From Paraspadella gotoi (taxonomy: Eukaryota; Animalia; Chaetognatha), in assembly GCA_051294375.1 (NCBI GenBank), contig CM119267.1, positions 19,540,307 through 19,604,306 on the forward strand: a stretch of DNA of 64,000 bases. The letters are read 5' to 3'. The position numbers were made by a program, and so were the translations under genes. The first letter of the stretch is position 1. The number at the start of each line of letters is the position of its first letter. Positions 10,910-23,665 of the stretch are shown piece by piece. The notes below the pieces were generated by a model that saw nothing but the letters and a program-made list of their open reading frames with translations, was not told where the DNA came from and made no database searches.

Positions 10910-13900
10910 TCTCTCTTCTCTCACTCTTCTCTCGTCTCTCTCTCATTCTCTCTCTTCTCATTCTCCTGGAGGACTTGACTCCCATCGCCATCAGTTTTTA
11001 CTACGTCCCAATTACACGAAATATAAAGTAACAAAATTTCTAAAGATCAACGCCTCTTTTCCTTTTCTTCGATGTACACTAACTTTTTTATGTCGACATA
11101 GAAAATGTTTTCTTTTTCGCCCCGCGGTTTATTTCTTTTTTTTTTTGTTTTTAAATATAACTTCAATTTCAAACTTTTTTTTTCTAAAGCTTCACCTCCA
11201 CCGGCGCAAGAATGACAATTTCCGCAAATTCATTTTAAGGCACAAAAAAAAAAAAAAATTGGTTCCGCGAAAAGGTTTTATATTCTTGGATTTTTTATTT
11301 CTTTTCCTTTTTTTCCTTATTTTTTTTTCCTTATTTTTTTTTATTCCAACGATTGGAGGTAGGAGCGTCGAAAGCGGAAAACGCTGGTTGGTGGCGAATC
11401 CGGTTTGGGAAGCAATAATGGCACAAGGTTCCAAAAAATGAGGGGAAAAGAAAGAATTTTTTTTTCTTTTTGCGGTCGGATGGAGGGACGGTGGGGGGAA
11501 GAGTAAGGGCGAGGGAGGGAGGGAAAGAGAAGGTTGACGGTAGGGAAAGAAAGGGGTAAGGAGAGACAAAGAAAGGGGAATAACGGGGGGAGAGAGAGAA
11601 TTAGAAGAGAGAGAGAGAGAAGAGTCAGGAGAAGGAAAGGAGAGGATGTACGGGGAAGAGAGAGAGAGAGAGTAGAGAGAGAGAGAGAGAGTAGAGAGAG
11701 GAGAGAGAGAGAGGAGAGAGAGATCGAGGAGAGAAGAGAGAGAAAGAGGCAGCCAGAAGAAGGAAATGAAAAGAAGAAAGTAAGAAGAAGGAAAAAATAT
11801 ATCCAAAAACGAAACTTTTAGAGGGATAAACTAAAACGACCAAAAGTGAAACTTATGCACGTGTCACATGCAGATATATTTTGGTTGCTAGTTTAACCAG
11901 AACTAACAAAGAGAGAAAAAATAATCAGAAACGCTTCGCCCAAAATATATTTTTCGTCCAGAGCGAAAGAGAGAGAGTGGAGAGAGAGGAAAAAGGGAGT
12001 GAAAGAGGATACGATTGAAGAATGTTGTCCACGTGTCACGGTGTCACTTTGAGTCCACTTTGTCATTTTTGTCATCGTGTCAAATTCCGCGGCGGCTGAA
12101 GACCCCACGGTCAAAAAAAAAAATGGTCGGGGAGGCAAGATGGGCAGCACGAGTCTCCACGACTAAGTGGATTCGCCAAATGGATTTCCTCCGTCAAAAA
12201 AAGGATTTGCTTCGTTCAAAAATGGAGTCGGTCCTTTTCAAACGCGACGAATGTTGAAAGACGAAATCACTGAGGTGCACCCTTAAGTTTTGATCGAAAA
12301 ACAAATGAAGTATTTCGTTAAAACGCTTGTATCTGTAAAGGAGTACAATATTGCTTTATCTTTTTATTTTAAGCCAGAGTTCATTTGTCTTCTATCAAAT
12401 GATAAATACTAAAATATTAGAAATATTATGATGAACAATATAAAGTTTGGACTGCTATCGCGTGCTGGTCCCTAATCGCTTCGCATCCTATCGAACAGAT
12501 GATGCCCATACAAATTTTAGACGAATCTCACAAAATATTAACATATTCTTTTTTGAAACGATTTCCTTCTTAATTTTTTCTTTCTCTCCTGCAGCTTTTT
12601 ATTTCGTCATTTTAATTTCACTGGAAGAAAAAAAGTTTTAAATTTCCGCTAAATTTTTTTTTTAATTTTCGTCGACTCGATCAGAGTTCATCTCCGCCAC
12701 GGAAGGGCGACCATAACGGGTATTCGGCATCATATTAGACGCGTGACGCGACGACACGACGACGACGAGACAGATCACGACGAGACAGACGGACAGCCAA
12801 CGAGAAGTTGGGGTGTGTGTGAGGATTGTTACATGCGAATTTAACTTACCGGTACGGTGGTGTCTGACCGTGGGGGTGGATTGCGGGCGGCCGGCGGCTG
12901 CGGGTCGGTGGCGTGCGGCGTGGCACGGTTCGGCGCGAGCGGCGCGCGGGGCGCGTAGTGGACTGGCGGCGCCGCGGTACTACGGCGGCGGCGTGTGAGC
13001 GTGGGCAGGCGATCGGTTGCGACGGGCGGAAGCGCTCGACACCGATCTCGTTTTCCGCGGAATCTGTTTCGACTGGAAAGAAAAGTGTGTCGAGGCGCGT
13101 GGAGACGTAAGAGAAAAAAAACGAAAAGAATAAACACGAAAGTAAGCTGGGAAATAGAATGGAAAAAAAAAGATGAAAAAATCGATTGCCAAACGACGAG
13201 TTTGAAAGAACAATGGCTGAATCAAGATCTAAGCACAAAGAAGCATGCGCGGTGAAAGGGATTTAGTATTTTGACATTGAAGAAGATTAGAAACAAAAAG
13301 AAGACAGATGCAAACTAACGGTAGTAAATACTTTTTTTAGTATATTTCCCCTCTCTAATGATTCTAGATATGTGGCGAACGCTGACCGACTGTATTCGCC
13401 AAATATTTAATTTTAATTTTGATATTCTGCCCAATGGATGTATTTTATATTTACGAGTATTTAAAAGAAATTTTTATTTTTTCTGTGCTTCTTTTTATTC
13501 GTAGTCCTTTAATTTTTCTTTTCTCTTCAATTCTCTATCTTTTGTCCCTTCCTATCGACGAACCCACTGATCAATATATATTCCCCTCCGTCAATGCTTC
13601 CCCTCTTTTCTCGAAAATTTAAAAAAAAAAATAAGTATATCGAGAAAATCGTACGTATCTCGTTTCACAACAAAAAACAACACGATAGAATCACACGCAC
13701 AAAAAATAATTGTGATTTATTTTACTTTTTTTTTCAGAAAAAATTCTCATCTTTTTACGCGACTCGAGTTATAACTGCCTTTGTTCTTTTTTTTTTTTTG
13801 AATATGCGCCGCTCGTTTCAGGAACAAAAATAATGACGAATAGAAGGGGGCCGTTTCCTCTTCTCACTTTCCTTTCTTTTTTTTTTCTTTTTTTTGACTC

Positions 13901-16900
13901 TTCGCTGTCCTATCCTCTCTCTATTTTTCTACCCATTTTAACTGTTCGTTCGTCACTTATGTTTTTTCCTCCATCTTTTGCCCTGTTTTTGGTTTTTTTT
14001 TTTCTCTTGATATTTTATTTTCTTTGTTTATGTGTTCTTGCTTCCTTGCTTTTTTTTGTCCATTTTCTTATTTCACATTCGTCTTTCCTTTGCTGTTCCT
14101 TTTTCGGTTTTTCTGTTATTTCGCGTTTCCTTTGTCCTTTTCCTTTTTCTTTTTATCACTTTATCTCTTCCTCCGGTTACCCACTTCTCTGTTCCTTTTC
14201 TGTTTTTTTATTCTTCCTTTCTCATTTCCTTCCTCCTTTCTTTCTCTTCCTCCATTTTCCCTCTTTCTCCTCTCCCAACTCTCCGCCTTATTTTTTTCGA
14301 TCTCCCTCACTCGCCGCGCTGTACGTGCCCTTTTCTCGTATCTTGTCGGAGTCTTATGCATTAGACCCCGAATTATTCTGCCTTTTATCGCTTTCTGCGA
14401 ACGATGACGACGACGAAGGAGAAGAAACGACCGACCCCCGACGAACGAAGAGCGACAAAATTGAACGTCCTGCGCTTAGTCTAAGGAGGAAGACTAAGAC
14501 GACGCAAAGATCGATTAAAAAAAAACAGTTTTGATGACAAGAGAAGTTCACCGGCGATACTATCCGATGATTCTAATTAAATATGTCCCTGAAAGACGAG
14601 CGGACAAAAGAACCTAGAAGATGACAAAATTGACGATCTGCGCTAGTTAAGGAGGAGACTAAGACGCGAAAGGAGATGCGAAAAAAAATTTTAGACAAAA
14701 AGCGAGTTTTGCAGTGACCAACGACGCCTATTAAAACCCTCGAGACGCAAAGACCACCGATACATTCTGATGCTCGCATAGTAAAATGCGGAGTAAGATG
14801 ACGCGAAGAAGAGCATAAAGACAAACAGAATTCATGACAGACCGAGTTGAACGGGGGAACGACAAACGCTACTAAAGATGGCCGGGAAAAAGAAATTTCG
14901 ATGATACAAAATGACGTTCAGGGATGCGTAAGAATCGTATTAAACGAAACATGACCGTAAAAGAACCTTTACGATGAGCAATTGATGGTACTTGCTGAGA
15001 CTATAAATCAGGGACAATTTTATAAGACGAACGATACAGGCGTAAAGTTTTAGACAAGGACTGATCACCGCGACTGCATCGACGATTAAACACCTGAAAC
15101 GACAAAACATGATCGAGTTACAACAAAGACGTCGGATCGAGGAATATCACTCAGAAGACTTAATAATGTTTTACCACCGGGATCTCCAATATGCCGAGAC
15201 TCAATATATCGAAAGCTTTTTAAAGATGCTTACACCGAAGACGCAACGAGACCAACATGTCGAACAACAACCTCAGTTTCCTGACTTACGGCAAGCCAGA
15301 TCTGATATTGACGAAACTGGTAACGAAGTCCAATGTTTTTTTTTCTTTTCTTTTGTCAGGGAAAGTCTATTTGTTTTCTATTATATGAATATATCTTCTT
15401 ATGCTTTATTATCTAAGAATATCTGGTTTTACTAACCGCAATCGTTCCTTTTAGGTTATCGTTTTATGATATGAACTTACTTTAAAACATCGATTTTCCT
15501 TGAATGATACGCCAGACCACTATTGATATTTCCACGACGAGTTTTTGTTTTTACTAATCCGTTTTACCGCTTAAGCCTTTAAGCCTTAAGCCTTAAGCCT
15601 TAGCCTAGCTTAAGCCTTAGCCCCTTAGCCATTAACAAGCCTTAGCGCTTAAAACTTCTCACTTTCCTACTTAGACCTTCACCTTTCTTAGAACTCCCTT
15701 TTTCTTCCTACCTTTCTGATCATGGGATCAAAAAATTGCGGGTAAAAGGTTTTCACACGCCCTAACCGTGACCATCCCAAAGAAGAAGACAATGAAGCGA
15801 CGCGCCGGAACAACAAATGAATTCAAAGCGATGCAAGCTGAACTGAAATAAACAACTAACCAGCTCAAAGTACAAACTAAAACTACAAACAGTTCAAAAT
15901 TACACAAGTATATATCACAAAATCCTTAGTCACAACGAAAACCAAAAAATAATCAACGCCAAATGATAAATCTAAATCAAAATGATAATTACTGGTATGA
16001 TAAACGCAATAATGAATCGATTTCCCCCCCCCACTCGAAACTCAGAATGAATGAGCGCAAAGATCCGTTGATCGGCGACCCCTTTACCAAATTGCGCTCG
16101 GACGCCCTTCGTAGCTGAGCGCGGGTTTTGTGGCCGCTTTTTCGCTCGACAGTTTTTCTTTAGATCGAGACAGTTTTTAATCCTTTCGTTCGAACAAAGT
16201 TGGCTTTTTTGGTTGTACGTACGGGTTTAAAAATTCGCTACAAATATAAACTCATTCCAGTCATCTTTACGGTCACACGTCCTTCTTTTTCAATTTAGAA
16301 ATGGTACAAAAAACAAAGATAAGAAAGTAGCTATTCGTATTAATAATTTATGGGTTTTTTTTTTTGTATTGTTATATTTATTTCATCCAAGGTGTGTGTT
16401 TTATATATACTATATCTGAGTAAACGCGTTGGTTTCCAGTGAGGAATAATTAAAGAAACGGAATTATTTTTATTCATTCGTGGTTCGATTTTTAAGTTCG
16501 CTCGAACCACACCACACATGACATTCCTATGAAAACAACAACGAACGACGACGACGACGACGACGACACGAAACGTCAACAACATACCGAGTTGAGTTTC
16601 CCCAACACAACCTACGAAGGAACGGCAGATTCTCGGTTGTGACCCCAAGATTTACTTCTTTCCTTCGGAGGAAAAAAAGTCTTTGTGGTCGGAAGTCATT
16701 AAAAGCGTCGGACCGCTTCCTGAAACTCATTCTGAGTTTGGATCTCACTCCCCAAATTTGTGAAACCAGTCCTAAGTTCGTGAATCATCTCCCAGAGTCG
16801 TGAGGTCTCATATGAGTTCGTGAACGAAGGCGTTCATAGAATCCCGGTTCATAGATAAAATTGATCGTTGAAGAAGACTCTTGTCCAATAGGCGGGCAAA

Positions 16901-18058
16901 ATTGAACACTTTTTATAACTTTTAATTCTCTCCAAAAAATCCTTTTTTCCTCTCTTTACTCAATCGATTTTCAATGCAACTTTTTGAATTAGTTCATGGG
17001 GTTGTTGCACTGCACTTTTTAATATTTATTATATATAACAAATGACAAAAATTTTTTTTTAAAAATTAGTTTTCTAAGAACGGATTCATAAGCTGAAAAG
17101 TTAAATAAGAAAGTTAGTACTTACAATTTTTTAAAACTTTTGACAAGAAATTGATTAAAAACAGAAAAAACGTTAAAAATCATCATCATACATCATCATC
17201 ATTGATGAATTTTATGGAGTTTATATTTACAAAAATTTTATGTAAAAAAATTAAAAATTGCATTAATACTTTATAATTTTAAGCTCTATGAATCGCATTA
17301 AAAAAAAATGAAAAATTCAAAAAAATTTAATTTATATAGTAATAAATAATCTTTTATGCTTCCGTGCGCTATTTAGATAATATTTATTATTTTTTCATAT
17401 ACTCTAACAGTCTCATTTATTCATTATTATTTGAGAGGAATTCTAGTTTTCAAACCTGTTCCGGCCTATTGTCCAATGTCATTGAATTGCAAAGATTGTG
17501 AAATCGAAAAGTATATTCAAGATTGGTAAATTAATTTTACACGAACAGGAATAGCCGTTACAATTTCCTTCGTGTTTATTCCGACCAATAAGTACGAAGC
17601 AGTTTAACCACGAAAAAAAAAAGTTGTTTTTGAAAATTACTGATCTCCTTTGGAAAAATTCGGTGGATAAAAATACAAAAATTTCGTATTTATAACAAAT
17701 TTACCAAAAAAAAAATTCCCTACTTCGCCCAGCATCGAAAACGGGTCAACCATCCCCAGATCGATGGCGCCACTCTCCAATCCAAAATTGCCACCTCGCC
17801 TCCACCCGTACGGTCCTGCCGCCCTCGCCTCCACTTCTCCGCCCCCCCCGCACCCCTTCCACATACGTCACTATCTGACCCTCCACCCCACCCCATGTCA
17901 ATCGCCCGAAACTGGTCCTTAAAACTTTCCGCGAGGCGATTTTTATCCCCGTGCGTTCTTCTGTCCCTATTTCGTCCTATCTCTTTTTTCTCTCTCTCTT
18001 TTTTTTTTGTTTTGCGCCGCGTCGATGTTTACTGTTTTTTGGGGTTGTTTTTTTTGTT
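9541..18058 (-). repeat. Right arm of ~8.5 kb inverted duplication (probable assembly artefact)
   Basis: Appears identical to 7648-8828 over 9541-10721, then differs by dense single-base indels; most degraded around 14600-15330. Confidence 0.95.
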
Positions 18059-18737
18059 TGGTATTGATTTTTTTTTATTGTCCTAGACACTGTTTTACTT
18101 TTTTTTTTCGAATCCGACATTTTTTTCCTGCCAGGCTGCGTTTTCATTTCGGAGTCCGTCGGTGTTTTTTTTTCTGTTGCTTGTTGTTGTTGTTGTTGTT
18201 GTTGTTGAAGATCGAGATGCTTGACTTTTCTCTGGGGACTACATTTCGTTTCAGTTTGAGTCTACTACACTCTGTGTGGATGCTGAGCGCCTTTGCCCTC
18301 TCCACTGACAATATATACAGTTGATTTTTACTCAATGATTCAGGTTTGGTTTATTTTTTTTCTTATCGTTTTCTTTTATGTGAACTCCCTTTTTCGTCTG
18401 GCTGCACTTTTTGGCCTCGACAGTTTTATGTCTTACTTCCCCAGTTATCTCTTTTCTTCCTTTTGTTAAGGGCTATTTCGTCGTTATACGTTCACATGTA
18501 TTCCATTGTATTCAAATTGTATTTGTTGGAACAGCAAATTCGCCACTTTTGTTCATTTATTTTTATTCCAATGCTTTTTTACACCTCCTGTTGCTATTTG
18601 CTTCTTTTCTTTTTTTTTTAAAACTACGAGTTATATCCCCGAGTCTCCATCTGTGGGTCTCTCGCGGTTTTCTTTCCTCTTACGTCTTGATGATTTTTCT
18701 TTCTCTCGCTGTCTTCGTTTCGTCTGTTTGAGGTTTT

Positions 18738-19160
18738 TTTTTAGTCGCGCCGCGAGTACTCGCGGAGCAACTCTATAAGTCTCTTTTTTAGTCGATCGGT
18801 CGGTATACAATTCTGTCCGTTTGGTTGGTCCCACTACTTATNNNNNNNNNNNNNNNNNNNNNNNNNCTTACTTACTACTTTATAAATTAAGTTCTGATAC
18901 GGTATGAAGGTGAGGCACCATAAAACCTTTAACGTGCATATGTATCATCCTTGTGAAGTCCCGCAATCACCTTAAATTTCGATCGCGTTAAGGAACCTCA
19001 AATCTAAGCGACTGCTAGCGCCACCTTTTGTTTCGAAAGAAGAAAAGAGAGAAGAATAAAAGACGATTTCAAATGAAGTGCGTATCGAACATCCACGGAA
19101 ATGTACACGTGATAAAAAAAGGTCACTGCGGCTCAACACACATTGGAATCTTCGTTCGGG
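18738..19160 (+). mobile_element. HINE-like element copy spanning a 25-N gap
   Basis: TTAGTCGCGCCGCGAGTACTCGCGGAGCAACTCTATAAGTC start, CTCAAATCTAAG.GACTGCTAGCGCC core, GTCACTGCGGCTCAAC end. Confidence 0.65.
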
Positions 19161-19617
19161 TTTTCCTCGACTCCTTTACTCCATCTGCATTTTGATTATT
19201 TTTCCCTTAAGACTCAAAGTATTTTCTCTCACTTTTGGCTCCCGTTCCCGTTTGGCGTCTTTTGTTTCTCCTATTTTTTTTTAGTGTTTGGTGCTTCGCT
19301 CGTTTGGTGTAAAAACGTTTGTTCATTTGGTTTCATTTCGTTAATTTTGTTACGTTTCCTGACTCGTAACGAAATCTGTGATTAGACTAGTAGTTATTTT
19401 ATTTATACTCTTTTAGTTTCATTATATTTTTATTGTCTCTTTGCTTCACTACACGTGATTCATATCTGATGTTATTTATCACAAGCTTTATTCTATCTTC
19501 TTTCTTCTCCCCTTAAAACTTCTCTTTTTTTTTAGCCACTCTTCCGAAGTTCCATCACTCACTCGCTGTTGTGATGTTGTGATGTTGTAAACATGCTTCA
19601 CGGACCATAATTCAAAC

Positions 19618-20030
19618 TTTTTAGTTGCGCCGCAAGTACTCGTGGAGCAACTCTATAAGTCACTTTTCGGTAGGTCTGTCGGTCCATCGGTATATCTGTT
19701 CGTCTGTCTGTCCCACTTACGATAAAAATGCATATAATTTACCTAATTTGCCTAATTTGCCTAATGCCTATAGTTAGTTACTCATTTGTTAAGAAAAAAA
19801 ACTTCAAATCTAAGGGACTGCTAGCGCCCCCTTTAGGAATTCCAAAAAACTATAAGGAATAAAAACGGAATTCCGATTTAGTGCGTGTCATAAATACACA
19901 GAAAGTTATTGTAGTCATGTAGTCATGTCATGTCGCGTCATATCATGTTATGTCACGTCATGTCATGTCACGAGAAATATACGTGATAAGGCAGTCACTG
20001 CGGCGCAACATATTTGAATTACCGTTATTT
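19618..20030 (+). mobile_element. Non-autonomous DINE-1/Helentron-associated (HINE)-like element, apparently full length
   Basis: T-rich ends; 11-bp subterminal inverted repeat GTTGCGCCGCA...TGCGGCGCAAC; 5' palindrome; GTCY/GTCG microsatellite; internal (CATGT)n; no obvious target-site duplication; further copies in the window. Confidence 0.7.
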
Positions 20031-20504
20031 TTTACTCACTTTTTACTTTTCACTTTTTACCGCTTATTAACTTGCCATATGTTTTAGACTGTTTCGCGAT
20101 TCGTCATTGAAGCAGTTTTAACTTTTTTATATTTTTTAAAATTAATATTACTTGTTTTTACTTTTTTTCATTTTATCTTACCTTCGCCCGATTATTTTAA
20201 CAATGAAATACAACAACGTCTAATATTTTTTTCCATTTACTCATCGAAGTCACGAATACGAATCTGTGGCATTAATATTTGTTCTGATAATATTCCCATG
20301 GTGCACCATCACTCATTTCCATCCTTTGCTGTTCACGATTTCACGCTAGAGACGAAGTCAAAAGGTCAAAAGGTCAAACTCTTGCTCGTTCGATTCCTCG
20401 AAATTGGCGCAACCCGGAAAACCTCGATTGCGTCGGTGATGGAACAAATTAATTTTACTTGTGTCTCTCCATACCACCATACATACTTTGCGGCAGATCC
20501 ACTT

Positions 20505-21400
20505 GACTCTCTGCTCTACTCTCTACTCTACTCGTATCTCTACTTCTCTCTCTCTTCTCATCTCTCTCATCTCATCTCTCTCCATCTCTTCTCTCTCCTC
20601 TCGTCCCTCATCACCTCCGTCTCGTCTCGTCTCTTCCTCCTCTCATCTGATCCTCAAATTCTCTTCAAAAATTTAATTTACTGTGTGTCTCACCATCGGC
20701 GCCACACCCCTTTCAATCTTGACGGCACCTACCTTGACTCCCTCTCTTCTTCTCGTCCACTGTCTCTCTCCTCTCTTCTTCTAATCTGTCTTCCTCCTTG
20801 TCGTCTCTGTCTCCCCATCTCTATCTGGTCTACTCTCTGTCCTGTCTGTCTCACTCATCTGCTCTCCGTCCCCTCCATCTCTCTCTCTCTCTCTCTCTTC
20901 ATATTCTCTCCCCTCCCCCTTCTCTCCTCTCTCTCTCTCTCTCTTCTCTCTGTTTTCTCTCTCCCTCTCATCCCAGCTCTCTCTTCTCTCATCTCATCAT
21001 CTCGTCTTCTTCTCTCTCTCCTCTCTCTCCCCCTCTTCGCCTCCTTCGTTTTCTTCTACTCTCTCTTCTTCTCTCCTCTCTCTTACTTCTCTCTCCTCTC
21101 TCTCTGCGTCTCTTCTCTCTCTCTCTCCTCTGCGCTCTCTCCTCTCTTCTCTCTCTCTCTCCTCCTCTCCTCCTCTTCCTCTCCACTCTCCCCTGCCGTC
21201 TTCTCTCTCTCCTTCTCTCCTCTCTCTGCCTCCTCTCTCCCCCCCCACCTCTCTACTCTCTCGCCTTCTCCTGCCCTCCCCCCCCTCTCTCCTCCCTCTC
21301 CCTTCCTCTCTCCTCTCACTTCCCTCTTCTCTCTCTTCATCTCATCTACTCTCTCCCTCCACTTCTACCTCTCTCTCGCATCTGTCCTCCACGTTTCCCT
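20505..21400 (+). repeat. Degenerate (CT)-rich low-complexity tract
   Basis: Almost pure C/T; source of the spurious S/L-rich ORFs. Similar (AG)/(CT) tracts lie at 6640-6800, 33015-33253, 46790-47350 and 61100-61500. Confidence 0.9.
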
Positions 21401-22019
21401 TATCAGTCGTCGTCGTCGCCCTCGATACGTGTCGTCGTCGTCTCCAAGGAAACGCGCGCGAAAATCGACGCCCTTCACGTGAATGAGAGAATGAAGTCGC
21501 GATTTTCGACGGATGACGTTAACGAACGACGAAAGTCCAATCGATGTTTCGACGGCGTTCGCCGCATCCTCTATCGGCGAACTGGGCAAAATTGATCACG
21601 TGACGTAATATCACGAATATTAATTGATCATTTTCTCCCATTGTTCATCGTTGTCAAAATTTTAAAGGGTGAATCAATCCAAACTGCAAACATTTTCTCT
21701 AACGGCGAACGACAAAAGTCAAACGTCTAACGGCGAACGTCCAACGACGAACGAATATTCGTCTTCCGTTCTTCGTCGTCGCCATATNNNNNNNNNNNNN
21801 NNNNNNNNNNNNNNNNNNNNNNNNNNNNNNNNNNNNNNNNNNNNNNNNNNNNNNNNNNNNNNNNNNNNNNNNNNNNNNNNNNNNNNNNNNNNNNNNNNNN
21901 NNNNNNNNNNNNNNNNNNNNNNNNNNNNNNNNNNNNNNNNNNNNNNNNNNNNNNNNNNNNNNNNNNNNNNNNNNNAGATTTTATTCTTCGCTTTCGTCTT
22001 TTTCATTTTCGTCATCGTT

Positions 22020-22570
22020 TTCGTCTTCATCATCTTTCGACGTTTTCGTCATCTTTGTTCGAATTAGTTCTTCTTTCTCATTGACAACTTTATTCTCCTC
22101 AGATTATTTTCCTCTTCACTTTCTTTTTTGTCAGCGACTGACGAATCTTCAACATTTTTTTCTTTGTCATCTTTTGACGTCCGCGTCAATTTCTCTGTCA
22201 TTTACGTCCTTGTCTTCCACTTTCTCTTCTTAGTCATCTTTGACTTTCGTTTAGATCCTCATATTTGCCTTTGTCCTCTACATGTACTTCTTCATCATCT
22301 GTGACTTCTGCATCTTTTTATTCATCATCTTTGACTTGCCCATCATTTTCTACATCATCTTTGACTAGCACTTCCTTTTCTACATCAGCATTGTCTTCCC
22401 AAACCTTTTCTACATCTTCCTCGTCTTTTACATACTTGTCTCCATCATCTTTGTTTTTCACATTATTTTCTCCATCAACTTTGCCATCCATATCCTTTTC
22501 TAAATCCTCCTGGTCTTCCACAGCATCAACATCATCCTCATCATCACAGTCTCTCCAAAGACTCATCCAC
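22020..22570 (-). CDS. Candidate acidic D/E/K/V-rich exon or pseudo-exon
   Basis: Minus strand reads DCDDEDDVDAVEDQEDLEKDMDGKVDGENNVKNKDDGDKYVKDEEDVEK...VKDDE*KDAEVTDDEEVHVEDKGK with triplet periodicity; interrupted by a TAA at 22318; flanked by gaps. Confidence 0.35.
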
Positions 22571-22710
22571 GCGTCTCCTTTTCCACCAAAACAGGAAAGA
22601 AAGAAAACAAATTCGTTTTTCTTCTCGTTTTTTTTTTTCGGCGACTTTTTTCTCACGGTTTCCGACTCTCCATTATCGCCCCTTTGTTCTTAGTTGTTGA
22701 TCTTTTGTTA

Positions 22711-22747
<37 letters not shown>

Positions 22748-23529
22748 NNNNNNNNNNNNNNNNNNNNNNNNNNNNNNNNNNNNNNNNNNNNNNNNNNNNN
22801 NNNNNNNNNNNNNNNNNNNNNNNNNNNNNNNNNNNNNNNNNNNNNNNNNNNNNNNNNNNNNNNNNNNNNNNNNNNNNNNNNNNNNNNNNNNNNNNNNNNN
22901 NNNNNNNNNNNNNNNNNNNNNNNNNNNNNNNNNNNNNNNNNNNNNNNNNNNNNNNNNNNNNNNNNNNNNNNNNNNNNNNNNNNNNNNNNNNNNNNNNNNN
23001 NNNNNNNNNNNNNNNNNNNNNNNNNNNNNNNNNGAGAACGTAGCCTCGAGTAAAAGAGGATCCTAATCTGACCTAGAAAGAAAGAAAGACGCCGACCAAA
23101 TCGAACGCGAAGGAAAAAAAAAGGGGGGCGTCTCTCATTGAGCGTTAAAACGAACGCTAAGAAAACAAGGACTCGGAAAGAGACTCACGTCGATAATTCG
23201 AATCACCGAGCGTCACCTATCGTCAACCAAATCCGATAACGAAGCGTCGAGAATGTCGCGCCGATAATTAGCGAGGCGCCGATCGGCACGCCCTATATAT
23301 CGTCGCTCTTCGCGAAACAACGACAACAATAACAATAACTTATCGGCGGACTCCGTTTTCTAATTCTGCGTCTCTCACTTCCGGTTTACGGTTCAGGCGA
23401 AAGAACTCGACGCTGCGAAGTTCGTCTTTATAACCTCCGCCTCAGGTAATTGGGAGAGTCGTTATCGGTGTCGTCGTTGTCGTCGTCGCCTTTGTCTCTT
23501 TTCGTCGGCGTCTTTGCCCCCTTTTCGTC

Positions 23530-23665
23530 GTTATCTTCGTCGTCTCCTTTGTCCCTTTCCATCCCTATCTTCGTCGTCTCCTTTGTCCCTTTTCATCCCT
23601 ATCTTCGTCGTCTCCTTTGTCCCTTTTCATCGGTATCTTTGTCTTCTCCTTGTCCCTTTTCGTCG
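23530..23665 (+). repeat. 34-bp minisatellite (TCTTCGTCGTCTCCTTTGTCCCTTTTCATCCCTA) x3-4
   Basis: Direct tandem units visible. Confidence 0.85.

Noticed and set aside
20298-21595. 394-aa and 265-aa S/L-rich ORFs
   Set aside because: Translations of a degenerate (CT)n tract that lacks stop codons by composition.
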